Source: Wolbachia endosymbiont of Cimex lectularius
Lineage (GTDB): Bacteria > Pseudomonadota > Alphaproteobacteria > Rickettsiales > Anaplasmataceae
Length of the DNA stretch: 32,000 nucleotides
Reading direction: 5' to 3'
NCBI RefSeq assembly: GCF_000829315.1
Contig: NZ_AP013028.1
Span: 840,001-872,000, forward strand
Shown: piece after piece, positions 9,837 to 20,517 of the stretch
How positions within the stretch are numbered: position 1 is the stretch's first letter
Layout of the letters: each line of letters begins with the position of its first letter
Notes under the pieces: generated by a model
What the model was told of the DNA's origin: nothing
Database searches by the model: none
The model's input: only the letters and a program-made list of their open reading frames with translations
Position numbers and translations under genes: made by a program

Positions 9837-9985
9837 CTAACAAATCTGAATTCAGCCAGCACTTGGGCGATATCACTCTTGTAGGCCTATGTTCGTGCAA
9901 TTTCCCATAATAGTTAAAAAAATTAGTAGAAAGTTACTGTAAATTCACGTATTTTGAGGCTATAATATTCAAAAATACGTGATGT

Positions 9986-12796
9986 ATGGATGATTTTATT
10001 GGAATTAAAGGTGCAAGGGAGCACAACCTGCAAGGTATAGATGTTAATATACCGAAAAATAAATTAGTTGTTATAACTGGACTCAGCGGTTCTGGCAAAT
10101 CTAGCCTCGCGTTTGATACGATTTATGCAGAGGGCCAGCGTCGGTATGTGGAGAGTCTTTCGGCTTATGCACGTCAATTTCTCAACATTCAGGATAAACC
10201 AGATGTTGAGTCGATCACAGGCCTCTCTCCTGCAATATCTATCAACCAGAAATCGATCTCGAAAAATCCAAGATCAACAGTTGGGACCGTTACTGAGATT
10301 TACGACTATCTACGCTTAATATACGCACGAATAGGGATTCCTTATTCACCTACAACTGGACTGCCAATAACGAAACAAACCGTGTCTCAAATTGTAGATA
10401 CCATAATGGCGTTACCTTTAGAAACTAAAGTATATATACTCGCTCCCATCGTGCGTGGCAGAAAGGGAGAACACCTCAAAGAGATATTGGAAATTAAAAA
10501 GCAAGGGTATGTAAGACTAAAAATAGACGGTAAAATACATAATATGGATGATTTACCTAAGCTCGATAAAAACAAAAAGCACGATATCTTTGTGGTTGCA
10601 GATAGGGTGTCAATATCAGACGATATAGGAAATCGACTGCCAAGCAGCATAGAATCAGCATTAAGACTTGGTCATGGCCTAATGTATGCAGAAATAGTGA
10701 ACTTGCCTGATAATCATGATTCCGAGTATAAAAATGGTCAAGTTTTAACTTTCTCAGAGAATTTTGCATGTCCGGAGTCCGGCTTCACTCTTGAGGAAAT
10801 AGAACCAAGATTATTTTCTTTTAACAGCCCTTACGGTGCATGTTGTTCATGCAATGGGCTTGGTAAAAAGCTGGCTATCGATACAAAGCTGATAGTGCCA
10901 GATGAAACGCTCTCAATATCTGAAGGTACTTTGAGGCCAGTTGGGTCGATGCTCCATCAAGTGCACACAGGTTATGGGTTTCTAAAAAATGCAATCCTGT
11001 CACTAGCTGAAAATTGCAAATTCAGTCTTGATGTTCCATGGAAGAACATAGATCAAGGAGCGAAGGATGTGATACTCTTTGGTTCTAGAGAGATGAGATT
11101 CCACGGTTTAGTTAGTATATTAGAAAACCAGATGGATTATGATGAAACACTTATTGAGCGATATTGTTCTGTTGTTCATTGTAAAGAATGTGCTGGCTAT
11201 AGATTGAGAAAAGAGGCACTTACGGTGAAAATTGATGGTAGACACATAGGTGAAATATCTAGGCTCAGCATCGATGAATCCCTTAAATGGTTTGAAAATT
11301 TGCCAGGTAGGCTTACGGAACAACAGAAGCAAATCTCAAATAAAATATTAAGTGAAATAATCAAGAGGCTAACATTTTTGAAAAATGTAGGGTTAAACTA
11401 CCTTACACTTGACCGTGAGTCTAGCACTCTTTCTGGCGGTGAAAGCCAAAGAATCAGGCTTGCTTCACAAATTGGCTCTGGTTTAACAGGAGTGCTGTAT
11501 GTGCTTGATGAACCATCGATAGGCCTTCATCAATGTGATAATGATCGATTGATAGCCACACTTAGGAACCTGAGGGATATAGGAAATACTGTAATTGTTG
11601 TTGAGCATGATGAAGATACGATAATGGCTGCTGATTATGTAATTGATATTGGGCCTGGAGCTGGTGTAAATGGAGGAAAGATTGTTGCAGAAGGAACGCC
11701 AGATCAGGTGCAAAGAAATTCGGAGAGCATAACAGGGCAATATTTGAGTGGAAAGAGGGAAATCTCAATTCCAGAAAGAAGAAAACAAACGACTCAGTTC
11801 ATAAAGGTAATTAATGCGTGTGAGAATAACTTAAAAAATATAAACGTTGAATTCCCTATAGGGAATTTTATTTGTGTTACTGGAATATCTGGAGGGGGAA
11901 AATCAAGTTTAGTCATAGAAACACTATACAAATATTCAGCACATAAGATATATCATTCATCTGCAAAGTATGGCAAATGCGATAAGATAGAAGGCCTTGA
12001 ATATGTAGATAAAATTATAGAAATAGACCAGTCACCAATCGGTAGAACTCCTGCATCGAATCCAGCAACATATGTTGGTATGTTCACTCATATAAGAAAT
12101 TGGTTTGCAGGTCTTCCAGAGTCAAAAGCACGAGGTTACAACATAGGTCGATTTTCATTTAATACTAAGGGGGGAAGGTGTGAAGCGTGCAAAGGTGATG
12201 GACATTTAAAGATAGAAATGCATTTTCTGCCGGACGTTTATGTGAAGTGTGAGCAATGTAAAGGTCGGCGATATAACCGAGAAACGCTAGAGATTACTTT
12301 CAAAGGAAAATCAATTTCTGATGTACTTGATATGACGATAGATCAAGCTTGTGATTTTTTTGAAAACCTCCCAATAGTAAAAGAAAAGTTGGTTTCTTTG
12401 CAGGAAGTGGGGCTTGGCTATATAACACTTGGACAGCCCTCAACAACGTTATCTGGGGGTGAAGCACAACGAATAAAACTATCCAAGGAGCTATCAAAAC
12501 GATTTACCGGAAGAACATTGTATATTCTTGATGAGCCAACGACCGGATTGCATTTTGAAGATGTAAACAACTTACTAAAAATTCTCCATAAGCTAGTTGA
12601 TTTTGGAAACACTGTTATAGTTATCGAACACAACTTGCACGTTATAAAAACTGCAGATTACGTAATAGACATCGGCCCAGAGGGTGAAGTAAAAGGCGGA
12701 GAAGTAGTTGCTGTAGGAACTCCAGAAGAAATAATAGACATACCAAGAAGTGTTACAGGCAAGTATCTTAAACCATATTTATCAGATAGAGCATAA
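9986..12796 (+). CDS. uvrA: Excinuclease ABC subunit A
   Basis: 936 aa; two Walker A motifs (TGLSGSGKSS, TGISGGGKSS), LSGGESQRIRLASQIG, LSGGEAQRIKLSKELS, zinc-binding cysteine pairs. Confidence 0.98.
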   Translation: MDDFIGIKGAREHNLQGIDVNIPKNKLVVITGLSGSGKSSLAFDTIYAEGQRRYVESLSAYARQFLNIQDKPDVESITGLSPAISINQKSISKNPRSTVGTVTEIYDYLRLIYARIGIPYSPTTGLPITKQTVSQIVDTIMALPLETKVYILAPIVRGRKGEHLKEILEIKKQGYVRLKIDGKIHNMDDLPKLDKNKKHDIFVVADRVSISDDIGNRLPSSIESALRLGHGLMYAEIVNLPDNHDSEYKNGQVLTFSENFACPESGFTLEEIEPRLFSFNSPYGACCSCNGLGKKLAIDTKLIVPDETLSISEGTLRPVGSMLHQVHTGYGFLKNAILSLAENCKFSLDVPWKNIDQGAKDVILFGSREMRFHGLVSILENQMDYDETLIERYCSVVHCKECAGYRLRKEALTVKIDGRHIGEISRLSIDESLKWFENLPGRLTEQQKQISNKILSEIIKRLTFLKNVGLNYLTLDRESSTLSGGESQRIRLASQIGSGLTGVLYVLDEPSIGLHQCDNDRLIATLRNLRDIGNTVIVVEHDEDTIMAADYVIDIGPGAGVNGGKIVAEGTPDQVQRNSESITGQYLSGKREISIPERRKQTTQFIKVINACENNLKNINVEFPIGNFICVTGISGGGKSSLVIETLYKYSAHKIYHSSAKYGKCDKIEGLEYVDKIIEIDQSPIGRTPASNPATYVGMFTHIRNWFAGLPESKARGYNIGRFSFNTKGGRCEACKGDGHLKIEMHFLPDVYVKCEQCKGRRYNRETLEITFKGKSISDVLDMTIDQACDFFENLPIVKEKLVSLQEVGLGYITLGQPSTTLSGGEAQRIKLSKELSKRFTGRTLYILDEPTTGLHFEDVNNLLKILHKLVDFGNTVIVIEHNLHVIKTADYVIDIGPEGEVKGGEVVAVGTPEEIIDIPRSVTGKYLKPYLSDRA

Positions 12797-12838
12797 ACTA
12801 TTTTTTAATTATATTAGGCTACGCTGCATATTTATGAT

Positions 12839-13414
12839 TTGGATAGGGTAATGTCAGTATATCAATATTTTAAAAGGTATGTTGAATATGGAATTGTGCC
12901 TGCTAAGAAAATAGAAGATTTCACACTAACTCCAGAAAGTAGTTTCTATAAATCTGTACATTATATTGATAATGTACTAGGACCTGTAAAAGATATAATT
13001 TGTGGAGTTGAGAGCAAAGACGATCACAATAATCAATACATAGTAAATCGTGAGTATGTAGGCTACAGAGCAGGGAAAGTGTACTCATTGTGTCAACTGG
13101 CTGCTTTCTTAGCAGCTAGCATAATATTGCAGCCTTTACTTTTGACAGCAGCATATTTGTCGTACTTTCCACTCAAGTTATTTTCAAAGATAACAGGGGA
13201 CAATTGTTTAAAAGCAAGTACAAGGTCATTGATCGACCATTCAAACGTATTTTTAGATATTGGACAGGAATGCGCTACTGCAGTGTCTAAAGTATTTAAT
13301 AAGATTGTAAGTTACGTCTGTGCTGCTGTCGTTTGTGCTGCTGCATTGATTATAACTCCACTTGTGTGGGCTTGTAAGAACCTGTTTAAAATCTTCGTAA
13401 CAGGAGAGAAATGA
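12839..13414 (+). CDS. Hypothetical membrane protein; C-terminus replaced by IS sequence
   Basis: 191 aa with several hydrophobic stretches (LCQLAAFLAASIILQPLLLTAAYL; VCAAVVCAAALIITPLVWAC); the last residues [11 protein letters not shown] are encoded by IS copy 2. Confidence 0.7.
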   Translation: MDRVMSVYQYFKRYVEYGIVPAKKIEDFTLTPESSFYKSVHYIDNVLGPVKDIICGVESKDDHNNQYIVNREYVGYRAGKVYSLCQLAAFLAASIILQPLLLTAAYLSYFPLKLFSKITGDNCLKASTRSLIDHSNVFLDIGQECATAVSKVFNKIVSYVCAAVVCAAALIITPLVWACKNLFKIFVTGEK

Positions 13415-14237
13415 AGGAGAGGACTATCATCTGTAAGCTAGTGTTGAGCTTCCGCTCGCAATTTTTCCACAATCGCCTGCACTTTTCTAACCAGGCAAAA
13501 GAGCGTTCAACAACCCATCTTTTTGGCAATACGACGAAAGTGTGTAACTCACTTCGCTTTATTACTTCAACAGTCGCACCAATGATAGCTTTTATTTGTG
13601 TTGCAAAATTTTCTCCTGTGTAGCCAGCATCAACCAGTATGTTTTTAACTTCAGAGAGGTTTGCTTTAGCATTTTCGACCATTTTCACAGCACTGCTACG
13701 GTCAGTTGCTTCTGCCGTTGTTACATAAATTGCATGTGGCAAACCTTGTGTATCAACTGCAATATGGCGCTTTATCCCTGAAATCTTTTTACCTGCATCA
13801 TAGCCTTTTTTTTCAGCAGTATCTGCGTTTTTAACGCTTTGAGAATCAATTATACAAAAGCTAGTTTTCTCTTTCCGACCATTGCTGATACGGACCTCTC
13901 CAACTAATTTTTTTTAAGACTAATTCCAACAAGCTTGGCTCTTCTCCATTCTTTTTACTCCACACTCGAAAATAGTAATATACGCTTTCCCATCTTGGAA
14001 AACCCTTTGGTAACATCCTCCACTGACAACCACTTTTTAAGACGTACAACACCCCACAAAATACGTCATACAAATCAAGTTTTCTTGGTTTTGTTTTCTG
14101 CTTGCTACTCTCCAAAATTGGCCTGATTTTTTCAAACTGCTCTTGACTTATATTACTTGGATAACTTTTCTGCATAGACACCTCATTATTAATCTATGCT
14201 TACTTTACCTCACATTTCCAAGATTTTAAACAGGTTC
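13378..14237 (-). mobile_element. IS5-family insertion sequence, copy 2 (860 bp)
   Basis: Same ends and ORFs as copy 1 (13861-14181, 13386-13742). Flanks are TAA (13375-13377) and TGA (14238-14240), an imperfect duplication. Confidence 0.95.
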
Positions 14238-14353
14238 TGAGCATTATAGGCTATAAGAAAGGAGAGTTGAATGATGAGAGTAGTACAAAAGGTCTTTTAT
14301 ATTCTTTAAGATCTGTGGTAGACTAACAAAGGTTGTTTAATCATAAATAGCAA

Positions 14354-14617
14354 ATGGTAAAAGACGAGAAATCGAAAACAATTTTTGAGGTGGAAGGGGC
14401 AGTAACTGCTTTATTACCTGCAGCAGAATTTAGAGTGAAGCTAGACAACGAACATGAGGTCATTTGTCATGTATCAGGAAAAGTTAGAAGAAGTAAAATA
14501 CGCATTGTTATCGGAGATAGAGTGTTGGTAGAGATGAGTATTTACGATAGGAATGCGAAAAAGGGTAGGATAATTAGAAGGCTTAAAGGTACAAGTGACA
14601 GAACGATCTCTAGATAA
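14354..14617 (+). CDS. infA: Translation initiation factor IF-1
   Basis: 87 aa; FEVEGAVTALLPAAEFRVKLDNEHEVICHVSGKVRRSKIRIVIGDRVLVEMSIYDRNAKKGRIIRR. Confidence 0.95.
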   Translation: MVKDEKSKTIFEVEGAVTALLPAAEFRVKLDNEHEVICHVSGKVRRSKIRIVIGDRVLVEMSIYDRNAKKGRIIRRLKGTSDRTISR

Positions 14618-15191
14618 TCTTATTCTTGCTTCGTCGTCAGAAAGGCGTATAGCCCTACTAAAACAAATAAGTATTAAGCCAGGTTTAATTTTACCAGCAG
14701 ATATAGACGAAACTCCTTTAAAAAAGGAACTTCCGAAAGATTATTCAATCCGTATGGCAAAAAGCAAAGCTGAGAAGATACAAAGCTCAAACCCAGATTA
14801 TTTTGTGCTTGGTGTTGATACGGTTGTTGCTTGCGGTAGAAGGATATTGCTCAAAACTGAAAACGTTGAGCAAGCAGAAAAATGTATTCGCCTGTTATCA
14901 GGAAGAAGGCATAGAGTATACACCAGTGTGTGTCTACTCACTCCCCATCGATCCAAACAACATATTAGAACCGTGGTTACGATAGTGAAATTTAAACGTC
15001 TCAGTGAACAAGAAATTAAATATTATTTAGCATCAGAAGAGTGGAAAAATAAGGCAGGGGGGTGCAATATACAAGGCCTTGCTGGAATGTTTGTATTGTT
15101 CTTACGCGGTTCCTACTTTTCCGTTATAGGGTTACCGTTACACGAAACTTATTGCTTGCTGAGCAATTATTTTAACCTCAATTTATATTGA
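14595..15191 (+). CDS. maf: Maf-like nucleotide pyrophosphatase
   Basis: LILASSSERRIALLKQI, KAEKIQ...YFVLGVDTVVACGRRILLKTENVEQAEKCIRLLSGRRHRVYTSVCL, GGCNIQGLAGMFV; overlaps infA by 23 bp. Confidence 0.92.
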   Translation: MTERSLDNLILASSSERRIALLKQISIKPGLILPADIDETPLKKELPKDYSIRMAKSKAEKIQSSNPDYFVLGVDTVVACGRRILLKTENVEQAEKCIRLLSGRRHRVYTSVCLLTPHRSKQHIRTVVTIVKFKRLSEQEIKYYLASEEWKNKAGGCNIQGLAGMFVLFLRGSYFSVIGLPLHETYCLLSNYFNLNLY

Positions 15192-16776
15192 CACACCTTT
15201 ATCTTTTTCTTGCTGTTGCTTGATATATTTAGTCCAAAGTAATCTGTTTTTGTTGCCCAATGCGATTCTATTGCGATCATGACTGTTAGTGTGCTCTACT
15301 AAAGTAGAATCTCTTTCTTCTTCTATTACTCCAACTTTCAGTTGCGCTACATCTTTTTCTAATAATCTATGTAGATTGCTATTTTTATCTATAGTCAGAT
15401 TAGTATCAGCATTCTCCCGTTCTGCCACTTTTTTTACATCTGTTGAATTGTCTTTTAGCAACCCGTCTGCTAGTAAACGTTCTCTGGTTTGTTCACTAAT
15501 TTCTTTTTGATCCACCGGTCTTAGTGGAAACTTTTGAGTTTTTCTATCCAACTTACTGGTAAATTTAGTAAGTAGAGTGTCATTACTTTGTCCAGCATTC
15601 ATGAGGCTCTTCTTTAACTGTTTAGGATCTACTTGGGATTGCCCATTACTATCTTGAGTCGGAGATGAAGGGTTTGAGTCACTTTGTTCAGCATTTCTTC
15701 TGTTTTCCTTCCATTCTCCTAATGCTTTACTTATTTTTTGAAAATTCCTCTCTTCCTCTTCAGGTTCCTGTCCACTCCTGTGAGAATTTTTCCGTGGTCG
15801 AGTGTCACCACTTTGTTCAACGTCAGTATTTCCACTAGTGCTAGTTGGAGATAGAGGTTTGCTATCATCATTTTCTCCTTTTTCTACAATATTACTCTGA
15901 CTATATTTTTTGGATAATTTTTCCTCTAGAGCATTCAAATTTTTATTGTTTTCTCTGCCCTCAATCTTATCCTTTAGCCAATTACGTATAGTGTCATACT
16001 GGCTACCTTTTTCTATTTTTTCTAAAACATTTTCTATGAATTGTTTTTGCGCCATCTCAGTTGCGTTAGAGCTTAGTTCACTTTGCTCATCATCTTGGTG
16101 ATCTAAGCCCTCTTGCTTATCAAAAACATCTTTTTTGAGTGAACTAGTTCAGGTAGCGGTGGAGGAGGAGTTTTTTTGTTCTGAGAATTCTCTTCAAAAA
16201 GCGATTGAAGGTTATAAACTCGACCTTCAGAACTTTCTTTTCGCGCTGCTTGTCTACGCTCGCGCTTTTCTTTAGCTTCTTGAGAATTGATTTCATTATC
16301 AAAATCTTCACTATGTAAGAATTCAATTTCTGCTCTCCGCTCAAGAATCGAAGTCACATCATTTAGCGGTGGCTTATTTCCGGTATTACCTGACTCCTTA
16401 GCATCTTTAGACTTAAATATACCTTCAACTTTTTTTAATGCGACATCTTGTGTTGGTGGCGCAAGCGCGGCGCTTCTTACTTGCAGGGCCTCCTCAGCAA
16501 CTGTTTCTTTTTCTCCAGACGCAGTATATCTAAACGTGGTGAATGTAGGGCTGTCATACCGTTCATCTTTTTGCCTATTATCTTGATTGCGCTTGCAGGC
16601 TCAGCAGAAGTTTGCTCACTGACAACGTTTCCTTTAGGTGGAAGTGAACTAGTTCTAGGTGGCAGTGGAGGAGGAGTCTGAGACCCAGCCTCTTGAGTTG
16701 TATTGGCAGCTTTGTTTTCTTGAATAGGTTTCTCAACATTCTTTTTTATTGCAGCTTCGAATGATGGCTTATTCAC
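15183..16776 (-). pseudogene. Decayed gene for a large Pro-rich/charged protein of unknown function (three ORF fragments)
   Basis: ORFs 16776-16477, 16357-16103 and 16055-15183 lie in successive frames, with coding-like extensions bridging them. Two 1-nt restorations (~16540-16570 and ~16144-16155) give one 532-codon frame. Confidence 0.75.
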
Positions 16777-16796
16777 CTCTTTCCACCTTCCTTTTG

Positions 16797-17536
16797 CTAA
16801 ACTTCATATAAGTATAAATTGCCTATTTTTACATCTTTATTCGCTCGTAGCTGTTCTTTATTGACATCATGACCTCCAATACGTTCTACAGAACCATCAG
16901 CATTAATATTAATTGTGACAGTACACTTTTCCCCGTTCACATACCAATTTAGCGTCATTTCGTATGAACCATCGATTACGACATAATGCCTTATTTTCTT
17001 CCTCCTTCCTCAGCAACAAAGCCGTGCATTCCGCTCTTTCCATCGCTATGCAACGTTGAAAACCCGAAGATTCCATTTTTCTGACAAAAATCACTATTTA
17101 AAAATTCGCTGATTTTGAATTCTTTTTTGTTGTCTTCCAGCGTAATACTTGCATGGTTACCGTATATTTTAACACCATTCTTTTTAACACCACCCTCGAT
17201 ATATTGACTTAGCTCCTTTTCGGCTTTTTCTTGAAGTTTTTGTTTAGCTTTATCTTCAAGCTTTTGTGCAGCTTTCTTTATCTTGTCGCATTCTTAAAGA
17301 ACAACTTCACACGCTTTATTTTTGTTTTCATCTTCATCCCAATAGGGGTGTTCTATTGAAAACTTTACTATGTTGAAGTCAACCACGGCGTTGTAAATTG
17401 GTTCATCTTTTACTTCATTAGATAAAAGAAGATAAAAATCTTCTTTTATCTCTTTGGACAAAGACGAAAAATTTTGAATGAACTCATGATGACTGTGTTC
17501 TTGTTGTACATTTTCAGTGTTCATATTCTTCCTCAC
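16797..17536 (-). pseudogene. Decayed gene of unknown function (rebuilt ~246 aa)
   Basis: ORF 17536-17294 ends in an in-frame TAA and continues in the same frame as ECDKIKKAAQKLEDKAKQKLQEKAEKELSQYIEGGVKKNGVKIYGNHASITLEDNKKEFKISEF...FVAEEGGRK. Restoring one A near 16993-16997 continues ...KIRHYVVIDGSYEMTLNWYVNGEKCTVTININADGSVERIGG...LYLYEV*. Confidence 0.75.
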
Positions 17537-17668
17537 TAATAACCCTCTGCCTTTAGCTTGTTAGCTAATACAATTATTATGGGAATTAGTTGAATTTTTA
17601 TTAAAGGAGGTTGTATCCAGTTCCCACTACACAGAAAGCGGACAGACAACAGTGGAAAAAAGCTACCC

Positions 17669-17884
17669 CATAGAAACAAAAAAACTACTTGACAACTTTC
17701 GCCGTTATCCTTATAATGAGATTGAAGCTATTATTTATCTTCAGTCTGTGCAGATAAAACGACAAAAAACTCAATGTACTTGGCGTCTCATGTTTAATTT
17801 TTTGCACTATGTGCATCTCATGTCTTTATAAACTTTCAAGGTTTTACCTAATATAAGCTAAAATGCGCTCGTTAAAGCATTTAA
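17669..17884 (+). repeat. Dispersed non-coding repeat, left part only, cut by IS copy 3
   Basis: ATAGAAACAAAAAAACTACTTGACAAC...GAAGCTATTT...TTTCAAGGTTTTACCTAATATAAGCTAAAATGCGCT resembles 25745-25965. Confidence 0.75.
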
Positions 17885-18744
17885 GAACCTGTTTAAAATC
17901 TTGGAAATGTGAGGTAAAGTAAGCATAGATTAATAATGAGGTGTCTATGCAGAAAAGTTATCCAAGTAATATAAGTCAAGAGCAGTTTGAAAAAATCAGG
18001 CCAATTTTGGAGAGTAGCAAGCAGAAAACAAAACCAAGAAAACTTGATTTGTATGACGTATTTTGTGGGGTGTTGTACGTCTTAAAAAGTGGTTGTCAGT
18101 GGAGGATGTTACCAAAGGGTTTTCCAAGATGGGAAAGCGTATATTACTATTTTCGAGTGTGGAGTAAAAAGAATGGAGAAGAGCCAAGCTTGTTGGAATT
18201 AGTCTTAAAAAAAATTAGTTGGAGAGGTCCGTATCAGCAATGGTCGGAAAGAGAAAACTAGCTTTTGTATAATTGATTCTCAAAGCGTTAAAAACGCAGA
18301 TACTGCTGAAAAAAAAGGCTATGATGCAGGTAAAAAGATTTCAGGGATAAAGCGCCATATTGCAGTTGATACACAAGGTTTGCCACATGCAATTTATGTA
18401 ACAACGGCAGAAGCAACTGACCGTAGCAGTGCTGTGAAAATGGTCGAAAATGCTAAAGCAAACCTCTCTGAAGTTAAAAACATACTGGTTGATGCTGGCT
18501 ACACAGGAGAAAATTTTGCAACACAAATAAAAGCTATCATTGGTGCGACTGTTGAAGTAATAAAGCGAAGTGAGTTACACACTTTCGTTGTATTGCCAAA
18601 AAGATGGGTTGTTGAACGCTCTTTTGCCTGGTTAGAAAAGTGCAGGCGATTGTGGAAAAATTGCGAGCGGAAGCTCAACACTAGCTTACAGATGATAGTC
18701 CTCTCCTTCATTTCTCTCCTGTTACGAAGATTTTAAACAGGTTC
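17885..18744 (+). mobile_element. IS5-family insertion sequence, copy 3 (860 bp), TAA target duplication
   Basis: TAA at 17882-17884 and 18745-18747; ORFs 17941-18261 and 18380-18736. Confidence 0.95.
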
Positions 18745-18940
18745 TAACAAAGTACAAAGTAAGCTGAGTGAAATACAGGAACCAGAAAAAGCATCTTTAG
18801 TCAATGGCATACCACATACTGAATTGTAGTACCAACCTTTACCAGTGAAATTTGGTATAGGAATTTTTGAAAAATTGTCTAGCGGCTAGAATAATGAAGT
18901 TAAAAGTCTTGGAAGGCGTTTCAGCCAGTAAGATGTGTGA

Positions 18941-19609
18941 TCACCTGTATTTATAACCATCAACAATAAATTTAAATGGTATTATACCACTTAGAGCTGC
19001 CTGAGTATTGGACAAAGTAAAGCTGATATCAACAGTTTGATTCTCCACCTTCTTATTTTGTTCAGTTGTAAGAACTACAACAGCACTTCCGGCGAATGTG
19101 ACTAGGTCCTTGATTGGTCGGTCAATGGATAACTTTACTACATTTATGTTGAAAATTTTTCTCTTAGATAAAGACAGATCACTAGCTTCATTGCCCATTT
19201 TTTCTTGAAAACCCTGATAGACTTTATATATAGAGTTGTTTTGTATGAAATTTTCTCGGTATTCTAGCTCAATGACTCTACTAGATTCATATGTTTCAAC
19301 GTATTTACTTACTAAGTACCTGGCTATAGAAGTGTATTCATCATCTTCTTCATTAAAACTAAGCTTACGTATTACAGAGAACTCATCTTCTGTGTAATTC
19401 ACATATTTCACAAAATTTAAATCTCTTTTAATAGGGAACAACAGGTATATATTCAGTAGTAATAAACATAAACACACTAGGAGAAATGATACTATCGATA
19501 CCATCCAAGACCTTTCTGCTATACAAGATAGGTATCTATGACAGTACCATTCAATTGCTTTACTAAAATAACTCTTGTTTTTTACTGATTCGAGCAGCTT
19601 GTCTTCCAT
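18941..19609 (-). CDS. virB8: Type IV secretion system VirB8-like protein
   Basis: 222 aa; N-terminal cytoplasmic stretch, one TM segment (WMVSIVSFLLVCLCLLLLNIYLLFPI), then a VirB8-like periplasmic domain. No other virB genes adjacent. Confidence 0.7.
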   Translation of the reverse strand: MEDKLLESVKNKSYFSKAIEWYCHRYLSCIAERSWMVSIVSFLLVCLCLLLLNIYLLFPIKRDLNFVKYVNYTEDEFSVIRKLSFNEEDDEYTSIARYLVSKYVETYESSRVIELEYRENFIQNNSIYKVYQGFQEKMGNEASDLSLSKRKIFNINVVKLSIDRPIKDLVTFAGSAVVVLTTEQNKKVENQTVDISFTLSNTQAALSGIIPFKFIVDGYKYR

Positions 19610-19658
19610 AATATAAAGCCCTATTGAATTATTATAACAACAATAAACCCTAAAAATT

Positions 19659-20474
19659 TCAAAATATATTTAAATTTTCTAAAACAGAATGAATAATTAT
19701 ATCACCTTGTTTCGCAATAAGGCAGAATTTATCAATTTTGCTCATATCCACATTTATCATCTTTACATCGAAATTTTCAGGATCATAGGTATTACCATCT
19801 GCACTTTTGTGGTAATTATAATAACGTAATTTATCTTGGTTGTCAAAATAACCAAATTCATCAGCGAGGGTTCCCACCTTTCTACCTCTATCACCTTTGA
19901 CTAGCCCAAATAAATCCGCTGCATGGTTTTGAGACCCAGGCTCAACAGCTCCCTCCATAGCAAAAAACTTAGGTGCATGACCAACAAGCTCCTTAAGTTT
20001 TAGGTTATGGGTCTTTTTCACACTACCAAAATCCACAAATTTATATTCATCTGAAACACCAGAATATTGTGGATCATATTTTTTATATTCAAAAAACTCA
20101 CTACCTAAAACGTTGCAAAACGTTAACTTATAATCACCGTCATTCAATTCAACAACTTTAAGGTAATGAAAATCTCGAGGAATTTTTACCTCCTCTTCCG
20201 TAATATAATTGCGTACAACTAGCTCACCACCGAGCATGTGATAGCCAATTTTTGGCAAAGTAGCTATATTAATTGTTTTGTTTAGCTTAAAATTCGCTTC
20301 ATAAATACCATTTGACAGCTCCTTTCCTTTTTCTAAGGTTACGTCCTGGTCTAGAGCTATATTCTTAATTAAACTTAATTCTTTCTGCATGTTCAGCATA
20401 GCTTTCGTCAAAACTTCTATCGATTGCCACACAGTTAATTTATCATCAGTCAAACCATGTACTTCAAATATCAA
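19659..20474 (-). CDS. Hypothetical protein, 271 aa
   Basis: Long intact ORF with no family I can name. Confidence 0.7.
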   Translation of the reverse strand: MIFEVHGLTDDKLTVWQSIEVLTKAMLNMQKELSLIKNIALDQDVTLEKGKELSNGIYEANFKLNKTINIATLPKIGYHMLGGELVVRNYITEEEVKIPRDFHYLKVVELNDGDYKLTFCNVLGSEFFEYKKYDPQYSGVSDEYKFVDFGSVKKTHNLKLKELVGHAPKFFAMEGAVEPGSQNHAADLFGLVKGDRGRKVGTLADEFGYFDNQDKLRYYNYHKSADGNTYDPENFDVKMINVDMSKIDKFCLIAKQGDIIIHSVLENLNIF

Positions 20475-20517
20475 ATTGACAGTATTTTATCACAAATTTA
20501 TGCTAAAAGTATTATGC

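Noticed and set aside
9626-9862. 78 aa minus-strand ORF
   Set aside because: It falls in the dispersed non-coding repeat, and the other copies do not keep this frame.
10113-12633. Several 60-90 aa ORFs overlapping uvrA on both strands
   Set aside because: They lie inside a well-supported 936 aa uvrA frame and show no recognisable domain; typical shadow ORFs.
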